DNA of 57,307 nucleotides from a virus (lineage: Duplodnaviria; Caudoviricetes). Position numbers and translations under genes: made by a program. Of the stretch, positions 44,257 through 52,753 are shown one piece after another (positions within the stretch are counted from its first letter, which is position 1; each line of letters begins with the position of its first letter). Location of the stretch: the IMG/VR virus record IMGVR_UViG_3300007510_000008, positions 1-57,307 of that record. One strand, given 5' to 3'. Below the pieces are notes generated by a model. The model did not search any database, was not told where the DNA came from, and was given only the letters and a program-made list of their open reading frames with translations.

Positions 44257-46084
44257 CTACAAGAAAAACAGAACCTTTACAAGTACCATTTTGCAAGCAG
44301 CACAGAAGGACTCTGATAAGTTTCAGCCGCAGCATACTCCCGAACTTAACACGCAGCTTATGGAAAAGTGGCACAAGTTTGGGCTTCTAAAGGGACTACA
44401 GAATGATAGAATGCGAAGCAACGTTTCGCAGCTTCTTGAAAATACTGCCCAATGGATGATTTCTGAGGCCGATACTACAGATGCCGAAGGATACAATACC
44501 GTGATTTTCCCGATGGTTCGCCGTGTTTGGGCGGGACTATTGGCTAATGAAATTGTGTCTGTTCAGCCTATGAGCCTTCCTTCTGGCCTTGTTTTCTACA
44601 TGGACTTTGTGGATGAGGAAGGAAACCGAGTTCAGGACCAAGAGTTCTATACTATGGGATATGGTATTGGAACTAAGTATTGGGTTGGATACGGACCTTC
44701 TAACTTCCTAGACACTTCAGGTACAATTATCACCGCTACTGGCTCTGCACCTTCAAACGGCGCACAGCTTGGTATCGATGGCAATTGGGCCTACTACACA
44801 GGTACACCTTCGAACCCTGTTACTGCGGTTCAGGATAGTCAGTACACACTTGACGCTGATGCCTTCACTAAGACTGTTACAACGGATCTACACAAGTACA
44901 GTATGCCTACTGTTTACGTGTATCCTTCAAACAGAGCTTATGATTCAGGCAAGTGGGTACGCTTCTACGTTGTGACGGGTGCGCCTGAAGCCTCTAACCA
45001 AGTCAAGCTTTCTAAGGAAGCTGGCGGTGCGCTTAACCTACAGTTCTACGGACCTACAGGTGGCGTTGGTCAGGTATTCAAGCAGGGTGGCCTATACACA
45101 CTAGACGGAACCGATACGCAGGTTGTTCCCGCTGTAGAGGGCGGGGCCGCTTCAACGACAGGTAAAGCGTTCTTCGGAGCGAATCTTCTCGTTGACTTCG
45201 GTTACAACCCATTCGAAATTGGTGACAATTTCAACCAGCCTACGAACACATACGTTCTACAGGGTGAAGAAACTTCGAACATTCGTTCAATCAACCTTGA
45301 GATCAAGAGTTCAGCTATCGTTGCTGAGACTCGTAAGCTCAAGACAAAGTGGACTCCCGAGGTTCAGCAGGATCTACAGGCGTACCACAGCGTTGATGCC
45401 GAGTCTGAATTGACTGGCGCGATGAGTGATGAAGTTGCTCTTGAAATTGACCGCGAAATCATCAGAGACATCATTGGTATGGCTGGTGCGGAGATCAAGG
45501 TTGATCTTTCTGGCGCAATCAGTGGTGGTGAGACTGTACAGGATAAGTACCGTATCGCTGTTGAGGCGATCCTTGCTGGATCAAATATGATCTACAAGAG
45601 AACGCTACGCGGCCACGGTAACTGGCTTGTTGTCTCTCCTGAGTTTGCTACAATCCTAGAGTACGGTGGTGCCTTCCTCCGCGATACTGCGGACAAGACA
45701 ATCAACCTTACTGGTGGAATGCAACTTGCAGGACTCCTTGAGAATCGTGTGAAAGTGTACGTTGATCCGCTCATGCCAGCGGCTACAGCGATCATGGGAT
45801 ACACAGGATCAAGCTTCATGGAAACTGGCTACGTGTACGCTCCATACGTACCGATCCAGCTAACTCCTACAGTTTATGATCCGCACACCTTCGTACCACG
45901 TAAGGGTCTTATGACTCGCTACGGTAAGAAGCTCATTCGTTCTGATTACTTCTGCCGATTCGAAATCACAGGCTGGCCTAGCGCGGGTCTGGGTGCTAAC
46001 ATCTACGCTGGTGGCTTCGGCACAGCGCAGCGCACTTTCGATATTGGTCGCGTTGAGGGTTGGACACCTAACAAGCTTAACTAA
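44249..46084 (+). CDS. major capsid protein (T4 gp23-like)
   Basis: FPMVRRV, VSVQPMSLPSGLVFY, TRKLK.KWTPE..QDL.AYH..DAESEL, EIDREI, GYVYAPYVP, PRKGLMTRYG. Confidence 0.95.
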   Translation: MNNYKKNRTFTSTILQAAQKDSDKFQPQHTPELNTQLMEKWHKFGLLKGLQNDRMRSNVSQLLENTAQWMISEADTTDAEGYNTVIFPMVRRVWAGLLANEIVSVQPMSLPSGLVFYMDFVDEEGNRVQDQEFYTMGYGIGTKYWVGYGPSNFLDTSGTIITATGSAPSNGAQLGIDGNWAYYTGTPSNPVTAVQDSQYTLDADAFTKTVTTDLHKYSMPTVYVYPSNRAYDSGKWVRFYVVTGAPEASNQVKLSKEAGGALNLQFYGPTGGVGQVFKQGGLYTLDGTDTQVVPAVEGGAASTTGKAFFGANLLVDFGYNPFEIGDNFNQPTNTYVLQGEETSNIRSINLEIKSSAIVAETRKLKTKWTPEVQQDLQAYHSVDAESELTGAMSDEVALEIDREIIRDIIGMAGAEIKVDLSGAISGGETVQDKYRIAVEAILAGSNMIYKRTLRGHGNWLVVSPEFATILEYGGAFLRDTADKTINLTGGMQLAGLLENRVKVYVDPLMPAATAIMGYTGSSFMETGYVYAPYVPIQLTPTVYDPHTFVPRKGLMTRYGKKLIRSDYFCRFEITGWPSAGLGANIYAGGFGTAQRTFDIGRVEGWTPNKLN

Positions 46085-46125
46085 GCTTAACTGGGTACTA
46101 ACTCTGGTAATCATTGTTGAAGATG

Positions 46126-46157
46126 GAGGGGGAGGCAATGCGCCTTCCCCTCTATTT
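46126..46157 (+). terminator. intrinsic terminator after capsid gene
   Basis: GAGGGGGAGGC/GCCTTCCCCTC hairpin plus TATTT. Confidence 0.65.
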
Positions 46158-46205
46158 ATATATGTGGTCATGTTGTATAACCAACTTAGGGGAGGTTCAA
46201 GAAAC

Positions 46206-46640
46206 ATGATGAATAAGAGTGAACGAAGAAATAAGAAGCGGTTTGATTTTTTGGGTATGCACTATACGCAAGCAACTCAAAAACTAAGAAAGAATATCCT
46301 GTTTTCTCTACTTGTAGAAACAGGGAAAAATATTTGTTTTCGTTGTGGTAAGCCAATAGAAGAAGTAGATGATCTAACTATTGATCATAAAGAGCCTTGG
46401 CTTGGGGTAAGCAAGGAACTCTTTTGGAGTTTAGATAACATTGCCTTTTCGCACCATTCCTGTAATGCTTCCAATCATCGGGGGATTAAATACTCAGATG
46501 AAACTGTTCGAAAAGCTATGGCAATGTTAGAAGAAGGGGCAACTCAAAAAGAAGTGTCCAATAAATATGGCATTTGCCCTAAACAACTTCGCCAAATTAG
46601 GGACGGAGAATCCCGAAAAGGCTATAAGGAAGGACGCTGA
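46206..46640 (+). CDS. HNH endonuclease with C-terminal HTH
   Basis: CFRCG...TIDHKEPW...NIAFSHHSCN, then GATQKEVSNKYGICPKQL; GGAGG RBS. Confidence 0.8.
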   Translation: MMNKSERRNKKRFDFLGMHYTQATQKLRKNILFSLLVETGKNICFRCGKPIEEVDDLTIDHKEPWLGVSKELFWSLDNIAFSHHSCNASNHRGIKYSDETVRKAMAMLEEGATQKEVSNKYGICPKQLRQIRDGESRKGYKEGR

Positions 46641-48184
46641 TGGCTACTAACTATGAACACGCAACCTTGCTATTTGGCGAGGACGTAATCGTAAATTCGG
46701 ATCGTGATACAATCATCGATTGGGTTAAGTCGATGCTTGGTGATGATCCGAGTAGTGTTCGTGATGCTGGTATCACCGTTGAGTTAGGTGTTGGGCATTA
46801 TGATGCTGCGATTGACGATGCCCTTCAAGAATACTCTGCGATCATTAACGAATGGTCCGCACTAGACAACCTTGCGAATACCTTTGACAGTCCTGGCGGT
46901 ACGAATACTGGAAATCAGGACAATATCATCAATATCTCTCAGCGTAGGGTACTCTCTACGTTTGGATTCTTGCTTCAAAAGACAAACAAGTATAGCGAAC
47001 TCGTTCAGGCGGGGGGTAACGTTACGGAAGTAAAAGCGTATTTTCGCACGACAACTAACAGACAGAACTACGACCTTCTCGAAAGAGACTATGCAACAGA
47101 TATCCAGATTGATGAGCATACGGCAGAAGTTACAACTTCTTTCCCTATTAATACTCTCTATGTTCCTGATGGAATCACCGATGAAGAACTCACCGCATGG
47201 GAATTCAAGGTGGAATTCGGGCGTACTATCAACGGAGAAACAAAATGGGTTGATGTTTCGGATAGATTTGTATCTGCAAGTCAGCCTGTAGCTGATTCCC
47301 TTATAATCACAATGGATGCCGTTCAGACAGCTATCCTTGCTTCGGACATTTGGCATGATCCCGATCCCGATGGGGGCTATTATGATGGGGGAAGCAGTTG
47401 GTATTCTCGCGTAACAGTCAAGGCCCCCTATTCAGTACCGATCTATGATTCAGATGGAACGGCATATACAGTAAGCACTCTTGACCGAGATAAGATGGAA
47501 ATCAATCGCCTTGAGTGGCAGGAACCCGCAACGATCTTCAAATACTACGATCCCTACAATGCGGGTGCTACGATTGGTGCGGAAGCCTTTGGATTCGGCT
47601 ACACGGTAGAGAGTCCTATCTACATGTATCCTGTGTTCTACGATATTCTACGTGGCGCACAGCATGAACTTTCTGCAAGGGTGCGTAAGCAGAACTACTC
47701 GTTCAAAGAGAACAACAAACGAGTCACTATCTGGCCCGTTCCTGGCTCTGAGATCACTCAGGTCGGCGTGGGTAAAGTATGGTTTGACTATCAGATCCCC
47801 TTCAATCCTTATGAGGATCTTCCTGATGAGGGATCGATTGCGAACATGTCGAACATTCCCTACTTCCAGTTACAGTATACATACATCAACAGTATTGGGC
47901 AGCGTTGGGTTCACAAGTTCTCCCTTGCTACCGCAAAGGAAATCCTTGGTAGAATCCGAGGTAAGTACACAACTGTTCCAATTCCCGATGCTGAGATTTC
48001 GTTGGACGCTCCATCACTTATTGATGAAGCGAATAGAGAGAAAGAGGAACTACGCGAGAGCTTGCGCGTGATCTTGGAGAAGGCTCTTGACTCCGCGTTG
48101 ATTGAAAATGAAGCAAACGAGGCCGAGGGATTGAATCGCGTATTGCAGTTCACTCCAACGCCCGATCCTATTATCATGGGTTAA
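46640..48184 (+). CDS. neck protein (T4 gp13-like)
   Basis: LG...VEL...AIDDAL.EY at the N terminus; W..K..LA.AKEILG.IRGKY..VPIP....LD...L at the C terminus; position after capsid. Confidence 0.75.
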   Translation: MATNYEHATLLFGEDVIVNSDRDTIIDWVKSMLGDDPSSVRDAGITVELGVGHYDAAIDDALQEYSAIINEWSALDNLANTFDSPGGTNTGNQDNIINISQRRVLSTFGFLLQKTNKYSELVQAGGNVTEVKAYFRTTTNRQNYDLLERDYATDIQIDEHTAEVTTSFPINTLYVPDGITDEELTAWEFKVEFGRTINGETKWVDVSDRFVSASQPVADSLIITMDAVQTAILASDIWHDPDPDGGYYDGGSSWYSRVTVKAPYSVPIYDSDGTAYTVSTLDRDKMEINRLEWQEPATIFKYYDPYNAGATIGAEAFGFGYTVESPIYMYPVFYDILRGAQHELSARVRKQNYSFKENNKRVTIWPVPGSEITQVGVGKVWFDYQIPFNPYEDLPDEGSIANMSNIPYFQLQYTYINSIGQRWVHKFSLATAKEILGRIRGKYTTVPIPDAEISLDAPSLIDEANREKEELRESLRVILEKALDSALIENEANEAEGLNRVLQFTPTPDPIIMG

Positions 48185-48186
48185 TC

Positions 48187-48666
48187 ATGGGAACCAATTT
48201 CTTTACGAAAGACAAAGAGCTATCCAGAATCAAGGAATACTCGCAAGAGGTAGTACACGACCTGTCTCAACAGAACGTGGATATTTTTCGGATTGATGAA
48301 TCTTCTGTGAGCTATGATGATTTGTACGGGGAGGCTAGTAATGTATCGACAAGCTACTTCAAGTGGAGTGACGTTTGGTGCTTTATTCGCTGGATTCCTC
48401 CTGAGTTAGCGAGAGAGAAGTACGGAGTAGATCATGCCCATGCTATCGAGTGCTATTTTGACTATGACTACGTTTCAATTCTGGATGAAGATGGAGCGAA
48501 CCTAAGTCATTGCTTGGTACGAGAGGGCGATTACATCATACTTGAGAGCAAGACCTTCGTGGTACACAAAGCAATCAAGACAGAACGAGTCCACGGACTT
48601 GAAAATACACCTAGAACTCTGAGAGTGGAGTGTCACTCTACCAGAGATCGCGTTTTCACGGAGTAA
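48187..48666 (+). CDS. neck/head-closure protein (T4 gp14-like)
   Basis: DDLYGEA and REGDY motifs; position after the gp13-like gene. Confidence 0.6.
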   Translation: MGTNFFTKDKELSRIKEYSQEVVHDLSQQNVDIFRIDESSVSYDDLYGEASNVSTSYFKWSDVWCFIRWIPPELAREKYGVDHAHAIECYFDYDYVSILDEDGANLSHCLVREGDYIILESKTFVVHKAIKTERVHGLENTPRTLRVECHSTRDRVFTE

Positions 48667-48669
48667 CCT

Positions 48670-49422
48670 ATGGCTGTTAATGTAAGATCATTGCTGAGAG
48701 ACATGGACAAAGGTGTTGTCGATTGGGTGACAAGCTTAGGCTTGACCGATATTGACGGCAACTCTGTAGGAGTGTTCTACTCTGCGTGGCCTAGATGGAG
48801 ATATCAGTTTCATCCGAGTAATTCGGTTCAGCTTGATTACAACCGAATCAAGGGCTTGCCCCTTGTAGCGATTCGCAGGGTGAGCTTCGAAGTGGATAAG
48901 TCGCGCTATGTGTTCCCGAGCGTGGGAACCCGTTTGTCAGTTTCGACTGTGTACAATGACGATAGCGAGAACATTCGCCGCCAAACTGTGCCTCACCCAC
49001 TTCCGCTTAATGTCGAGTATGAAATCAACGTGTTAGACAACTTTTTGAATGGACAAAATAGCATCCTAGAAGATATTGTTGGGGCGTTTGACGTAAATGA
49101 GATCTACTTAAATATAAACTATTTCTACCATAAACTGAAATTCGAATCTATTGACGATAATTCTACAGGCTACGAGCTAGCCGACCAAGAACGACTTTTT
49201 GAGAACACGATTCGGTTAACACTTGAAGCAAAATTGGTAGATCCCGATGATCTGACAGACGTTTCAAACATTCGTCAAGTTACTATTGCTACGGAAATTG
49301 TTCGTGCATATCAAGGTACGGTAGATGCGGCTTACGAAGATTGGGTAGATGCGAGTTATCCATTTGATTCTTCTGAAGCTTCAAACGGAGAAGTTTGGGT
49401 AACGTATCCGACAAACGGATAA
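48670..49422 (+). CDS. tail terminator/sheath stabilizer (T4 gp15-like)
   Basis: LPLVAIRR, P.P.NVEYEI, Q.N.ILE.I; immediately before the sheath gene. Confidence 0.65.
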   Translation: MAVNVRSLLRDMDKGVVDWVTSLGLTDIDGNSVGVFYSAWPRWRYQFHPSNSVQLDYNRIKGLPLVAIRRVSFEVDKSRYVFPSVGTRLSVSTVYNDDSENIRRQTVPHPLPLNVEYEINVLDNFLNGQNSILEDIVGAFDVNEIYLNINYFYHKLKFESIDDNSTGYELADQERLFENTIRLTLEAKLVDPDDLTDVSNIRQVTIATEIVRAYQGTVDAAYEDWVDASYPFDSSEASNGEVWVTYPTNG

Positions 49423-49450
49423 ACATTTTTCATGACTTAAAGGAGACAAA

Positions 49451-51169
49451 ATGCCACTACAAAATACATTTCCTGGCGTTTACTTCGAAGTAGTTGATCA
49501 GAGCGCATACACTTCAGGTCCAGGCGTGAGTACCGTGGTAGGTCTTTTCTGCGATACTATCAAAGGCCCTGCTAATGAGTGGCAGAAGATCGAGAACTGG
49601 GGACAGTTCGAAGCTCTTTATGGTGGTCTAGGTACGAACCGAAATGGTGCTATCTACTATGGGCCTCAAGCAGCTAAGACTATTTTGAGTGAAACCGATG
49701 AACTCTACGTTTATCGTATGCTTGATAACAGCGGACTAGATGACATTGTTCCCGCGAGAACACCAGAACCCACAAGTAGTTGCGGCTTCAAGTTGCGCCT
49801 TGTTACGGCTGGTGCTGGTGATGCGTGGGATGGATCTAACAGACCTAACTACATCGTTGAAGCAAGCCTTGTTCAGAGCGATGATTACGCTAGCCCTGGC
49901 CTCCCTCTTTACGATGTGTATCTCTACGAGAGTGATCAGTATTCCCTAGAGAATGGTGCTACAGTAACGCCTGTTCCGAGTAACGGATTCACCTACAACG
50001 GCTACGCCCTACTCAGTTCAGATGCTTCGTCCTTGAAGGCGCGAGAATTTTACAAGCGTGTATCCTTCCTTAAAGATCCGACTGATGGTGTTGCCGCTAT
50101 CGATGCCCTTGGACTACAGGGTGGGGATCGTAATTCTAATATCGCGGTGATCGAGATCACGAATGCTGGTAATTGGAATACGTTCAACGCTGGTGATGGT
50201 ACAATCGGTGACGTTGGTGCGTACAACAGTTCCATCTTCTTCTCATCTGCTGGAAACAATGACTCTCTATGGTCGTTCTCTGGTGGAACAGGTGCGCGTA
50301 TGGAAACCGCATCTAGAGATCTTAACGCTGCGGATCATACCGCTGTTAAGACTAATGAGGACGGCATGGATCTTTTGATTATGCCCGATGCTCATCTGGC
50401 CGCGACTCAGGCTGCTGTTAAGACAGCTTGGGAATACATGGTAGACGTTGCGACTGATTACGGTGGATTGTTCGTGTTTAGCGGACAGGACGTTTCAAGC
50501 ACTTCAACGCTGCTTGGAAGTGACAATGCGAGGGCGTACAACACTTCTCACGCGGCTATCTATACTCCTTGGCTCAAGGTTTACAACCCCGATGAAGGTG
50601 CGCTTGTAACTCAGCCTTGTGATGCTTGGATCTTGAAGTCTTGCTTGCTCACCGACCGCATCAATTGGCCTTGGTTCGCTCCTGCTGGTGGAGTCCGAGG
50701 ATCATTGAGTAACGTTACACTAGCTAAGACATTTACCGAAGCTCAGATGGAAGATCTGTACGATGGAAACGTCAACGTGCTACGCTCTATCCCTCATGTG
50801 GGACACGTAATTTGGGGTCAGAAAACTTCTCAGAAGAAAAAGACCGCTCTTGACCGCGTGAACGTGCGCCGTCTGTTGACTTACCTACGTAAGAAGATCA
50901 AGGAAATTTCTGCTGCGTTCCTATTCGAACCGAATGATGCAGCTACTTGGTCGAAGATGAAAACTCAGATCGATTCCCTCATGGAAGTGGTTAAGACTGA
51001 GCGCGGTGTGTACGATTACCGTACAATCATTGACGAAACTACAAACACCGCTGATGTTGTTGATCGTAATGAGTTGCGAGGAAAGATCTTCCTCAAGCCT
51101 ACAAAGACAGCGGAAGTTATCACAATGAGCTTCATCATTGCTGGAACTGGCGCGAACTTTGACGAATAA
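49451..51169 (+). CDS. contractile tail sheath protein
   Basis: PGVY..VVDQS, KGP, WFAPAG..RG, IWGQKT, DRVNVRRL, FEPND..T, DETTNT...DRN, PTKTAE.I. Confidence 0.95.
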   Translation: MPLQNTFPGVYFEVVDQSAYTSGPGVSTVVGLFCDTIKGPANEWQKIENWGQFEALYGGLGTNRNGAIYYGPQAAKTILSETDELYVYRMLDNSGLDDIVPARTPEPTSSCGFKLRLVTAGAGDAWDGSNRPNYIVEASLVQSDDYASPGLPLYDVYLYESDQYSLENGATVTPVPSNGFTYNGYALLSSDASSLKAREFYKRVSFLKDPTDGVAAIDALGLQGGDRNSNIAVIEITNAGNWNTFNAGDGTIGDVGAYNSSIFFSSAGNNDSLWSFSGGTGARMETASRDLNAADHTAVKTNEDGMDLLIMPDAHLAATQAAVKTAWEYMVDVATDYGGLFVFSGQDVSSTSTLLGSDNARAYNTSHAAIYTPWLKVYNPDEGALVTQPCDAWILKSCLLTDRINWPWFAPAGGVRGSLSNVTLAKTFTEAQMEDLYDGNVNVLRSIPHVGHVIWGQKTSQKKKTALDRVNVRRLLTYLRKKIKEISAAFLFEPNDAATWSKMKTQIDSLMEVVKTERGVYDYRTIIDETTNTADVVDRNELRGKIFLKPTKTAEVITMSFIIAGTGANFDE

Positions 51170-51180
51170 GGAGATAACCT

Positions 51181-51660
51181 ATGGCTGAAGTAATTGCCCC
51201 CCTAACTCCGTCTGTATACGAACCCAAGAAGCAGTATCTTTGGGTTGTAGAATTTGACGGGTTAGATGCGTTTGTAGCCAGAACCACAAAGCGTCCTACT
51301 ATTGGTTTTGAGGAAATAGAAATCCCTTATCTCAATACGAAACGCTATCTGGCTGGCAAATTTGAATTCGAAACTATCGAAGTGACATTCCATGACCCAC
51401 TTGACGGTAGCGAAGCTGACAAAGTAATGGATTGGATCAAGTTGATTGGTAATCCCGAAAATGTCAACAAAAACTTCGCTGCAACCTACAAGAAGGACTT
51501 CAAAATCAAGCTTCTTGACGGTAATGGTGTTGTGGTAGAACAATGGCAGATTGTAGGGGCTTGGCCGCAATCTTCGAACTTCGGTGATCTTGACTACAGT
51601 TCTAACGATCCTGTAGAAATCACCGTGACGTTCAGATACGACAGAGCCTTCATGCTATAA
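51181..51660 (+). CDS. tail tube protein (T4 gp19-like)
   Basis: EPK, RP, Y.AGK, YKKD, W...GAWP....GDLDY, VTFRYD. Confidence 0.9.
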   Translation: MAEVIAPLTPSVYEPKKQYLWVVEFDGLDAFVARTTKRPTIGFEEIEIPYLNTKRYLAGKFEFETIEVTFHDPLDGSEADKVMDWIKLIGNPENVNKNFAATYKKDFKIKLLDGNGVVVEQWQIVGAWPQSSNFGDLDYSSNDPVEITVTFRYDRAFML

Positions 51661-51690
51661 TTTGTTGTTGATTACATTAGCATAAAATTG

Positions 51691-51724
51691 GGGATACTCT
51701 CTATTTAATAGGGAGTATCCCTTT
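51691..51724 (+). terminator. terminator hairpin containing the putative late-promoter motif
   Basis: GGGATACTCTCTATT-T-AATAGGGAGTATCCC plus TTT; contains CTATTTA. Confidence 0.7.
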
Positions 51725-51747
51725 GTTTTATCCAATAAGGAGTTTAC

Positions 51748-52569
51748 ATGTCAGAGAAAACAGTTGATTTAGACCTAAGTACGGTTAAGGATAATCCTAA
51801 ACCCAAGAAAACACCGAAGCCCATACCCGTTGAAAAGCCCGAGGGTGTTGGAGATAACAGCTACGATCTGGACCTTCCTTCGGACGGTAAGATCTACGGG
51901 AAAACAGTTTCGGTAAAGTCGATGACAGCGAAAGAGGAAGATATCCTTTCGAACCCGCAGTATCTCAAGAAGAAAACGGTGTTCGATGAACTAATCAAAG
52001 CTATCCTAGTCAAGAGTCCTGTTGATCCTAAGCAGCTTTTGATCGGAGATAGAGACTTCATCATTTTCAATGCTCGTATTGATGCTTATGGGTCTAACTA
52101 CGAAGCAAAACTATCCTGCCCCCATTGCAACGCAATCAATGAGGTTGAGTTTGATGTAAGCGGGATGGACATTACTGAGCTAGGGCTTTCGCCCTATGTG
52201 GCAGGTGACAATCTCTTTGAGATGACCACTTCCACAGGAAAGCACGTGTTGTTCCACTTCTGGACTGTTGACATGCAGAATCGCTTTGCGAACTACGTCA
52301 ATCAGACTAAGAAGCTTAAGACAACAGGGCTTGTGACAACTCGCTTGTTCTTCCAGATCCATAGTATTGACGGGGAAGAAGATCGAGCAGAGCTACGCAC
52401 GATCATTGAAAGTCTGAAGTCGGGCGAGAGTCGAGAGATTCGTAAATACATCAATGACCATACTCCCCACGTTGACCTAACTCTACGCGACTTTGATTGT
52501 GATGAGTGTGGTTACGACAAGGAGGTTGATCTCCCCTTGGGAGAAAGCTTTTTTTGGCCTGATCTATAA
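51748..52569 (+). CDS. baseplate hub assembly / tail assembly chaperone (T4 gp26-like)
   Basis: LPS.G..Y, MTAKEEDIL, LLIGDR...AR..AYG..Y, two CxxC pairs, ends FFWP. Confidence 0.75.
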   Translation: MSEKTVDLDLSTVKDNPKPKKTPKPIPVEKPEGVGDNSYDLDLPSDGKIYGKTVSVKSMTAKEEDILSNPQYLKKKTVFDELIKAILVKSPVDPKQLLIGDRDFIIFNARIDAYGSNYEAKLSCPHCNAINEVEFDVSGMDITELGLSPYVAGDNLFEMTTSTGKHVLFHFWTVDMQNRFANYVNQTKKLKTTGLVTTRLFFQIHSIDGEEDRAELRTIIESLKSGESREIRKYINDHTPHVDLTLRDFDCDECGYDKEVDLPLGESFFWPDL

Positions 52570-52753
52570 CGACCCTCAAGACGCAAAGGATCATATATAC
52601 AATCAGTTATTTTTGATGGCATATCATGTACATATGCCAGTAGAAGAATCTTATCGCTTACCTGTTAGGTTACGAAATTGGTTTGTGGCAAAACTAAACG
52701 AGACTAAAGAACGAGAACGACAAGCAGCGGAAGAAGCCCAAAATGCCAACTAG
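52547..52753 (+). CDS. frameshift-accessed extension of the tail assembly chaperone
   Basis: Overlapping frame AFFGLIYND...YRLPVRLRNWF with no good start or RBS; T7 run at 52549-52555; directly precedes the tape measure gene. Confidence 0.6.
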   Translation, partial: AFFGLIYNDPQDAKDHIYNQLFLMAYHVHMPVEESYRLPVRLRNWFVAKLNETKERERQAAEEAQNAN

